NCBI GenBank assembly: GCA_946965045.2
Contig: OX337228.1
Location: 4,960,001-5,024,000 of the forward strand
Source: Epithemia pelagica
Taxonomy: Eukaryota > Protista > Bacillariophyta
Length of the DNA: 64,000 nucleotides
Reading direction: 5' to 3'
Under the pieces are notes generated by a model. It saw only the letters and a list, made by a program, of their open reading frames with translations. It was not told the DNA's origin and searched no databases. Shown here one piece after another: positions 46,563-55,267 of this stretch (the stretch's first letter is position 1; each line of letters starts with the position of its first letter). The position numbers and the translations under genes are program-made.

Positions 46563-47654
46563 ATGTCGCAGCAACCGTGCCTTCCAGTAGGACTTCGGAG
46601 AAAGCGTCCAAATGAGGGATCTGAATCACACAGGCCAAACTGGACGAATGTTGCTTCAATGGACGCTATGGAATACATGCAGCGTGTTGTTTCCGAAGCG
46701 AGCGCCTTGCCTGATATGTTTATAGCAGGATCTAGTGACGATGAAGATCCAAGGGAGAAAGAAGATAAGACAACTAAGGTTGACGACAGCACAAATTCAA
46801 TGCAGTCATTGTCATCGCCAGCAGCAATCAAACAGCCCGATCATAGCAACAAGAAAACGAAGAAAGGCTCCTCACCGTCTCCGTTTCTAGGTGGATCCGC
46901 GGCAGCACTCGAGTATCTCGTGTCAGGAGACACGGATATGGTACCTCCACCAAGTGATCATCATGTTCCCGTCGCAGGAAAGACATGGGCAGAACGAACC
47001 TTGGATGCTTTTTCACGCCTAAGACTCTACGTGGAACAAGTTAAGGAAGCAAGTGGCGGTGTCGTCGAGAAAACCATAGCTGTGCCACCGATGAAAGACC
47101 GAGCAGGATGGCATGAGTTTTGCGTTGGTAAGCAAGACTCCGAGGGAAATGCCGGGGACTACTTTCAAGATGATTCCGACAATACTAATATGAGAGATAC
47201 CGAGGAGTCTGATGTTATTGGCATGACGGATAACGATGTCCCGCTATGGAGGCAGGGATTGCCACCTGAAACTGGTTTTCATCTGCCAACAACCAGTTTG
47301 TTATTGCAGATGGATCAAGTCATGGTCCGTCGGGTCTTGTCGCATTTGACTTATTTTGTTTGCGAAGGATGGGCTTTGACACCAGCGCGGTCAGCTTGGT
47401 TGTATGCATTAGCGACTCGCATGGATCGTCCTGTCCATCGCGACGACGCTGTTGAGATCTACAAGTTAGTGAAGCGCTTGACTGCGATGCGAGCCGAGTT
47501 GAAGCCGCCATTGATAGCACAGGAAAACGAAGACTCTTTGTCCAAGACAACAGATACGTTGCTCGGTCGCATCAATACTCTTATTCTCATTTTTGCTGTT
47601 TATTTTGAGCAAGGTGGAGGTTATGAATCGGTAATGCAACCCGTAGCCAAATGA
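46563..47654 (+). CDS. GEMIN2: Gemin2 (SMN-interacting protein 1/Brr1 family)
   Basis: Motifs DAMEYMQRVVSEA..LPD, LLLQMDQVMVRRVL, SAWLYALATRMDRPVHRD and ILIFAVYFEQ. Confidence 0.82.
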   Translation: MSQQPCLPVGLRRKRPNEGSESHRPNWTNVASMDAMEYMQRVVSEASALPDMFIAGSSDDEDPREKEDKTTKVDDSTNSMQSLSSPAAIKQPDHSNKKTKKGSSPSPFLGGSAAALEYLVSGDTDMVPPPSDHHVPVAGKTWAERTLDAFSRLRLYVEQVKEASGGVVEKTIAVPPMKDRAGWHEFCVGKQDSEGNAGDYFQDDSDNTNMRDTEESDVIGMTDNDVPLWRQGLPPETGFHLPTTSLLLQMDQVMVRRVLSHLTYFVCEGWALTPARSAWLYALATRMDRPVHRDDAVEIYKLVKRLTAMRAELKPPLIAQENEDSLSKTTDTLLGRINTLILIFAVYFEQGGGYESVMQPVAK

Positions 47655-47689
47655 GAACCCAACTCTCCAGAAAGATAAGCTGTGCCATA

Positions 47690-48882
47690 TCATACAGACT
47701 TGTCCTTGCTGTTTGATGGAGGAATAATAATATTATCTGCCGAAGGGATGTCCCAAGGTCCTCTCAAATGCACCTTGTGTGATTGTAGGTAGTATTTCCA
47801 ACAAGGCAAGACCACCAACAAGATGGCTATTATGACGCCAAAAGAATGAAGCAGTTGCTTTGCATCATCGTAACATTCACACAAAATCGCTGTAGATAAC
47901 GATAGCAAAAAGGTGACAATGGCGAGAATGGCTGGATCCAAGAAGAAGTCAGAAATCACCAGGGGACGTTGTCAACATTTCACGGCATCATGTTTTGTCG
48001 TCGAAACTTACGACTTGTGGTGGCAGGATACGCCTTGGCCAATTCGTGGCGTGTGAGAGGGTAAAAGGCAAATGAAATGACTGCGATCAAGCAAAGCACG
48101 TAGCCCGTCAGGTTGTCGTTTAGTCGGCTGATTAACAAGACGGTCGCGAAGAAAGCCGCATTTAGGGATATTGTGCCTCCTTCGAAGGTGGGACGTGAGT
48201 AAAATCCACCAGATCCTGAGGACCAGTTGTCCTGCATGGCTTGATCGTTTTCTTTTTGTCTATGTTGGGATGTTGTCATATCTTCTCCATTCGCGTAGGC
48301 ATAGTCACAGAGCAGCAGATGTAGAATCATTCCATAAAGGGCCAAGGTTTGGACAGCATCATCCGCGTAGGATGCGGTCAAGGATTGCAACAAGGAGGAC
48401 AAGACGCGAAGCAAGATTCCTATCAGACAAGCATCCGTCAAGCGGTGACGTGCTTTACTGGTAAGGGAAGGTCGTTTTCGTTCAGTGGCAGAAGTGTAGT
48501 TGAACACAACTACCATGAGCAAGGCTACCATCATGACGAAAGAGGAGAGTTCGTTCTTCTGCTTCTGATGTAGTCGTCTCTGGTACGAAACATATTCATC
48601 TTGTCGCTGATTCACGAGTAAGATATGATACCTCAGTAGAAAATTCAAAGTCAGAGCTACTTCCTGGACGACCACCAGATTTTGAGAAACGTAGAAGAGC
48701 AAAGACATGGGATAAGGGCAGGTCTGTGCATATTTTGACCAAAGACCATTGTAATCAACAAAGTCTCGGCCTCCCTCTGTACTGTCATTGTCGCTTTGGT
48801 TGTGTTCAATCGAAACTTTGGGATTCCATAAGCAACCACGTTGCGAATGGGGTTCAACGGTCCCGGTACCCGGTAGTGCCAT
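47690..48882 (-). CDS. PIGC: GPI-GlcNAc transferase subunit C (PIG-C/Gpi2)-like (2 exons)
   Basis: Exons 48012-48882 and 47690-47931. Motifs LSSLLQSLTASYADDAV, HLLLCDY, ISLNAAFFATVLLISRL, FAFYP and LRGPWD. Confidence 0.82.
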
Positions 48883-49143
48883 CTTGAACTGTGAATGCCA
48901 TGGTCATGGGCGCTCTACGGTTTAGATTTCGCTAGTAGTTAGTATTAATACTTCCCGGTGTCGAGTCCTTTCAAGGAGGGACCGCCCGGCGCGGAGGGTA
49001 GAATGACGAGGAGGGCAATGGTCGAGGAGGGCGCACGCCCGACAAGACAATTGCCCGTCGAGTCATTCTCCCGACAAGCCGGGCGCGCCCGACGCGAGAG
49101 GACGGCCAGACACAGGGAAGTAGTAAACTTACTCCCTATCAAG

Positions 49144-49312
49144 CTGTGTAGGTAGTGAGAAATTCCTGGAAGCCATGTCACAATGTGTCACACCAGTGTC
49201 ACACAAGTGTCACACACGAGAGGGAAACCGCGCGACTCGCACGAAACTACTTCCCGGTGGTACAAAAAATTCTTACTGTAGTATAAAAATGTGAGACGAA
49301 CTACCTACACAG
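49144..49312. repeat. 169-bp segment bounded by a perfect 13-bp inverted repeat, containing an 11-bp tandem array
   Basis: ctgtgtaggtagt (49144-49156) and actacctacacag (49300-49312); inside is gtcacaat-gtgtcacacca-gtgtcacacaa-gtgtcacacac. No target-site duplication seen. Confidence 0.55.
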
Positions 49313-49342
49313 TCTGGTATGGAGTTAGTCATAGAGTACCTA

Positions 49343-50184
49343 GTGTCTATTCTACCCCGGTCCTCATATGAGGACAAATCCTCATATGAGGCCACTTTTC
49401 AACGTAGCATGTCAAATCATTCATGTACTCCTAAGTGGTTTTTAAGTTCAGATTCGTAATCTCCATACTTGAAAACGTACCCCGTGGTATTCTCATGGTT
49501 TAATTGTGATGAGTAGTGACAATACAGTATCAAAAACAGAATTCATCCATGTTGGAGCGATGGTGATTTTCTAAACTGAGTGTTTGGAGGGGATAAAACA
49601 GAAGACAATCAACCTGATGAGTGTTATTATCCCTAGTGATGATGACCAGTTGTCCTTTGCCTGATTGAGGCATCAGATTGAGAGAATTCAGCCAAAACAA
49701 GCCTCCATCACCACAGAGGAAAATTCTGAGACCGTAACAGCATTCGACACCAATACAGGGTCAAATGCGGCGTCTGAGCCTCCTGCACCCCAACAGTTCA
49801 TGTACAGAAAGCACAGACACCTTCAGGGAACCAGGAAAGTGCAGTGGGAGACTCAAATCCGCCAATGTATGTGAAGACAGTTGATTTCCCTCGACAAAAT
49901 GGTTGGATTTGCCCTACATAAACTGGATGGATGCATTTTCCAACACACGTAGTGTCTTGCCACATAAACATAGAACATAATGGTTGATTGTGGTCTATTA
50001 CTTTTCTATTTTAGTAGTTCATTTTTTTGGTAGAACGGCAGATTCCCATGGTTGGGTTACATTTTTTGTCGATAGCTTCGTACAAAAGCTACTGTGGTCT
50101 ACGTAGATATGATTTTAGTAGGATTGTCCTCATATGAGGACAAGCGCTGTCCTCATATGAGGACAAACCGGGGTAGAATAGACA
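49343..50184. mobile_element. Non-autonomous DNA transposon (MITE-like) with TIRs and TA (or CTAG) target-site duplication
   Basis: Left end TA|gtgtctattctaccccgg and right end ccgggtagaatagacac|TA. Each end carries two copies of the palindrome (gt)cctcatatgagg(ac). No intact transposase ORF inside. Confidence 0.8.
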
Positions 50185-50192
50185 CTAGAAGC

Positions 50193-50864
50193 AACCTGAC
50201 TAATTTGGCAGCCTGACTAAATTTGGTGGGCGGAATTCTGGGGTCACCGCGATGCCACCGTAGAAAACTTTGACAATTTATAACGTAACTTCTACTTAAC
50301 CAATTTTGGAATTTGAAGTGTCATTCAAAAGCCCAGAACGAGATCTGTCGATTGGGCACTTCAAAATGTGTTTTTGGCGCCAAATGGATGAAGGAAAGTT
50401 TAAATTGGTAGTCTAACCTAGCTACCTGCCCACACACAATCTCGATCAGATTTGGTGCAGTCTAGCAAGAAACGACAGTGACAAAGTCAGCATCCATCAA
50501 GGTAGCATGAATGCATAGTGTGTACCCAACAACTTCATTGTTGTCAACATGCTACCTTCAGCTCCAACAGTATCATATTCATCCCACAGACCTGATGATA
50601 CACGCAGGAACCACTGTTGACATTCTCGCTGTGTCTTGTCCAGAAGGACTGGCATCTCGACTCCAAGGGAACCAGCAGTATGAACAAGAAGAACTTGATC
50701 CTGTCTATTGAAAAAGCCATGAAGGACATGAAAGACAATGAATAGGGGAGAAATCCGATTAATTAGTGTTATAGTGAGAAGTTACGTGTCAATTCACGTG
50801 ATAGCCCGTATAAAACATTTTGGTCCAAATTAATACGGGCTATCGCGGTGCCAAATTGTCAGGT
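50193..50864. mobile_element. Degenerate TIR element abutting the MITE
   Basis: acctgactaatttggca (50193-50209) versus tgccaaattgtcaggt (50849-50864). A second inverted match links ttgaca...acgtaacttct (about 50269-50292) with agaagttacgtgtcaa (50777-50792). No target-site duplication found. Confidence 0.45.
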
Positions 50865-51484
50865 AGACCAGATATTTGCCAGAATCCAGAAATCCAGAAA
50901 ATCCTGAATAACTCGACCGGGTGTTGATCTTTTTCAAAACAAAGATTATCAGCAGATAGAGCTCGTCGAGCTCTGTCGATTCCGCTGCTTAAAATTGAAA
51001 AAAGGCAACATGGTCGTGACTCAGAATTTCTGGCGTGACTCGTGCGCCAAACCGTCAGGTTGCTTCTAGGAGTAGTCGGTATCAAATTCCCAATCAATTT
51101 ATTTTTAAAATTTGAATTCGACGGTGTCAAGAAGCATCGTTGCTTCCGAGCGTACAACGGGGCCACGTCACAAATTCTGAGCGTACACGTATGGAATAGG
51201 AAATAAAGATCTATTTATCATGAAAGGAACGACCGCTTCAGATTGTCCACTATATGGTCGAAGCACTTCCTAGAGCTCGCAGGGGCGGCTACGAGGTCGG
51301 ATTTATATTATGAGGAATCCAAACGAGAGCATTGTTGCTTGTTGCCCCTCCCTCTGGACATACAACCCGTAAGTGAACCGCTGGGGGGTGATTGAAGGCA
51401 CATGATGATTGTGTGTGAAATGGGGACCCTTCCCTCGTTTATTTTTGTTCTCTATGGCTCTTCGTTTAACTTCTGAATGAGAAC

Positions 51485-52856
51485 ATGCTGCTATGTTCTT
51501 CCTCCTCGTTGGAAGATAAGAAATGTAACTTGTGTTGCAACGGCAGGGTCCCTAAACTTACTTCAAGCCTGCGCTCCTCCAGCACACATCGTTCGTTTCA
51601 GAGTGCATCCAGTACTTCTAGCTTAGAGGACCTTGACAGGGAGGGCGACAGTTGTTGCGGCGATAAGAATAGCGACAGCGATTCCGTCAGCCATGATGGA
51701 CGTGCTACGAATCGAAGGAAATATAACACAACAACAAATGCGATGAGTTCCCGGAACTGTCTACGAAGCATATCTGTCGACTTATGGATACAATATGCAT
51801 GGATTCTACATTTTGTAGCCGGCGCCGCGGTTCTCACATGTTCGTTATGGACGAACAAACGAAGCAGGTAAGGCAGAGTTCTGTAACCAATTTCTTTTTC
51901 TTCTTCACGAAACAATGGCTTAAATCTTTCTTCGGATTCTCGTATACAGGAAGTATGTGATGGTGGATCCACTTCACAGCAGCAACGCTAGTGGCTTAAT
52001 GGAATTGAGTCAATGCCAGAAAGTATTTGTCGATGTGATGGCCGTCTCTCCAGACCAATCAGGAGCCGTGGTATGCTGTTCATGGGATGAAACAAAAGAT
52101 CCTTGGAGTTCGGATGCCCTCTTTGGAATATGCCCGCATGTCTCGCCAGGTGGTATGAATGCTGGGCAGTTGCCTTTCTTGGGCCGTTTGACGAAGTTCC
52201 CAGATGCCTTGGTCATCCCATTATTTCCTCTCTTGATTCGCATTGGCTTTCGTACATATCAATCTGTGGTCGAAAACGGATACCTGGTTCTTGACACAAC
52301 GTTTGGTGTCCACTCATTTCGGCGCCTTGTGTTTTACTTTTTCTTGATGCAGTTCCGAGGATGGATACTCTACGTAGCCCTGAATCGAATTGAAGACAAC
52401 TTTTTCGAGGGGAAACCCATCAACGAAACCAAAGGGCACAATAACAAAGACGAAACAACTTGCTGGTATAGTGACTGGTTGCAAGAAACTCAACCATATT
52501 GCCATGGTCGACGATTTGATTTTTCCGATCATGTGGTGCTCTATTTTGCTCAGTTACTGCCCATTGCACTCTTGGAATATTTGCACTCACTCAACCAACC
52601 CTACTGGCCTTACCATGTGTATCGACGCTACTCCGTACCTTTGCTTTTAACTGTGGGTATATTATATCTCTACTTTATCACATTTGTCGGATTGTTCAAG
52701 ACTGCTGCCTACTTCCACACACCAAGAGAATGTCTGGCTGGGTTTGCAGTAAGCCTATTTGCCCAATTGCCTCTCTGCTTTCTGCAATGCTGCAATCGGT
52801 TCGAATCTCTTCGGAAACTTCGAGAGTTCTTTTTTGGAAGAAAGACCAAGACCTAA
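51485..52856 (+). CDS. Multi-pass membrane protein resembling the FIT/Scs3 (lipid phosphatase-fold) family (2 exons)
   Basis: Exons 51485-51867 and 51950-52856. RFDFSDHVVLY and KTAAYFHTPRECLAG resemble the two His-containing FIT motifs (G.D.SGH; T..YFHT..EK..G). Confidence 0.55.
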
Positions 52857-53132
52857 ACATGATTCTCGTCGGAAAAGTGCGGCTACAGTCACAGTTATGG
52901 GATCATCGTCGTTCGGCACAACACAGATGAAACACTTAAAGTTGAAATCAACAAATGAGGATGAGGCTGCTTCGTGTGGACCATATGCCAAAGGCCTCAA
53001 TTTGCTGAAAGAGTTTCAGTCTGGGCTTGTTTCTGGCATTTGTAGACTGCCCACGCCGCTCCTATCACAGAACACTCAGCGCTCGCCGAAGCCTCGGGAA
53101 TTAGGAAGTTCAGCTTTTCTTGACTTGAAAAG

Positions 53133-54758
53133 TCAGATGGTAGCTGAACTCCGTCCCTCTGATTCTACAGACGATTGATTTTGATCAATACCTTCGGCTA
53201 GCATTCTCTCATAAGAACCATGGCTTTGCGTCTTGCGTATATTTTGCCACTCCTCGACCACTGCGGAGCGAGACATGCCATCGCCCGCTCCTCCTCGCTC
53301 ACGTTTGTACATGGCTTGTTCGTAGCTTTCCTCTCTTGACCGCAGAAGAACCTCTTCGGACAAATGTTCAGTTGCACATTTAAGGATCAGTTTGGAGATT
53401 GGCGGTTGCACCTCGAGGCTCGAACCTTTCTTGGCTAATAGTGCGACTTCGTTCAGAGCGATCCGATACTGTTTGGAATTCTTCTCTCCGGCAAACAACG
53501 GCGTAATGGCTTTTACGAGGAAACGTCGAATCTTTGATGGGTCGTTTCTCGCCTCTTCATCATCGGCATGTTTGCCGTAAGCCTCTAACACTTCTAATCG
53601 GTTCTTGAACAACGGAGTGGTATCCTTGTCTCCGTCTTTACCATAGAGCAAACGATCAGCCATCGCAAAGCTCCACGGGTTTGCGGCGAAAGCGCGCCCC
53701 ACCATAACTCCTTTTAAGCCTGGGCATAGATCTAATTGTTCTTTCACCTGTGTCAGATCTTCAATTCCTCCATTCAAACTGAAGGTGAAATCCGGGTAGT
53801 CCTTCACTAGTTGCTGGATAAAATGGTACTTGAGGGGAGGAATCTTTCGATTATCGGCAGGTGAGAAGTTGCGCGACAGAACGGCAATTCTTGCATGAAC
53901 AGTAAAGTCAGTTACCACACCAGTCGAAGCTACAGTTTCTACAAACTGGCAGAGTCTCGAGTATTCTTCCTTCTCATCGATTTTGGAGTACGAATCCTTG
54001 TAAAAGGTTTCCTGTGTGTCCGTTCCAATACGACATTTGACAGTTATTGGAATTTGTCCCTGGCATCCAGCATCCATTGCCTTTACTACCTCTGCAACGA
54101 GTTTTGGATTGTCCATGAGGGCTGCACCAAAACAGCCCTTACCAGCCACTTTCGGGCTTGGACACCCAGCGTTTAGATTTATTGCTGTGTAATCACAAAA
54201 ACCGCGGTCCGTCATTTCCATGACAGTTTTAGTGGCTGCATGGAGTTGTTCTGGGTCAGAGCCTCCTAGTTGCAATACGGATGCTCCTTCAACAGGAGGC
54301 ACTCGGATTCCACTTTGACCGAGGAATCGATTCAAGTAGGAACCATCATAGTTCTGGGATGACTCGATTTCAGTTGCATCAGGATGTCTTTCTTGGTAGG
54401 ATTTGATGGAGCCAGCACGTTCATAGACCAATGTATTAGCAGCAACCATTTCTGTATATAAGAGAGTTTGCGACGACAGCAGACGTATCAAATACCGAAA
54501 GTGGCGGTCAGTATACTCCATCATCGGAGCAAGCGAAAGAGTAGAAGCTTTCGTCAGTTGGTCGTTCTTCCGCCGTCGTCTCCGCTTTCGCTCGTCGGAA
54601 TCATCAATATTATAAGTCGATGTTGGCACATATTCACTGTCCCAAAGAGAGCGGAAGGTGGACAACCGACAGTGCTTGTGATACAGCCCTGTCTGTGACG
54701 CAAAATGAATAACCTTTGTCATGGCGAAAAGATATACGGAAAGAAGCCAAAGTGTCAT
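53133..54758 (-). CDS. dusA: tRNA-dihydrouridine synthase, DusA type
   Basis: Motifs LSLAPMMEYTDRHFRY, LLYTEMV, LQLGGSDP, INLNAGCPSPKV, TVKCRIG, TVHARIA, DNRKIPPLKY, LNGGI and GVMVGRA. Probable ATG at 54758. Confidence 0.92.
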   Translation of the reverse strand: MTLWLLSVYLFAMTKVIHFASQTGLYHKHCRLSTFRSLWDSEYVPTSTYNIDDSDERKRRRRRKNDQLTKASTLSLAPMMEYTDRHFRYLIRLLSSQTLLYTEMVAANTLVYERAGSIKSYQERHPDATEIESSQNYDGSYLNRFLGQSGIRVPPVEGASVLQLGGSDPEQLHAATKTVMEMTDRGFCDYTAINLNAGCPSPKVAGKGCFGAALMDNPKLVAEVVKAMDAGCQGQIPITVKCRIGTDTQETFYKDSYSKIDEKEEYSRLCQFVETVASTGVVTDFTVHARIAVLSRNFSPADNRKIPPLKYHFIQQLVKDYPDFTFSLNGGIEDLTQVKEQLDLCPGLKGVMVGRAFAANPWSFAMADRLLYGKDGDKDTTPLFKNRLEVLEAYGKHADDEEARNDPSKIRRFLVKAITPLFAGEKNSKQYRIALNEVALLAKKGSSLEVQPPISKLILKCATEHLSEEVLLRSREESYEQAMYKRERGGAGDGMSRSAVVEEWQNIRKTQSHGSYERMLAEGIDQNQSSVESEGRSSATI

Positions 54759-55267
54759 TAGCCGGTCTTCAACCCTCAAGGGCAATCGGGAACAGATCTC
54801 TATTTTAACAAAGCGATGGAGGTTCAGATTTCTGTCTACTCCTATTAGGTTATGGGTGGCTAGACCACGTTGGGTGGGGGTGGGGTGATTGCAGTTTTGG
54901 GGCGCCCTCCTCACTTTTATTTGGTGGGGTCACACCCCGTCCAAGCAAAGATCAAGACCAAAAGTTGCCCGCATCCCCCATCATGGTCTGGATTCTGGAT
55001 TCTGGATCTTGTTTTACTTTTCCCAAACATTTTGTTTCAACGCAACCAAAAATTGATTGTTGGCTAAATGGAATTTGAACAAGCGGAACAAAGGGACTTG
55101 ATATCAATGCTGTGGTTGTGACAAAGTATGAAAAATGAACAAACGGACGGTGCTTTCACGATTGAAGTTTTCAAGGACGACCTCAAGCCAGAGAGAATGG
55201 GTCATAACTTCTCGACCCCAACTGTCGTTGGAGTTTGAGCATAGTAGCATCTGAGAGTGAAAAGGAA

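Noticed and set aside
50797-50864. Hairpin as a Helitron 3' end
   Set aside because: No CTRR terminus follows at the expected short distance on either strand.
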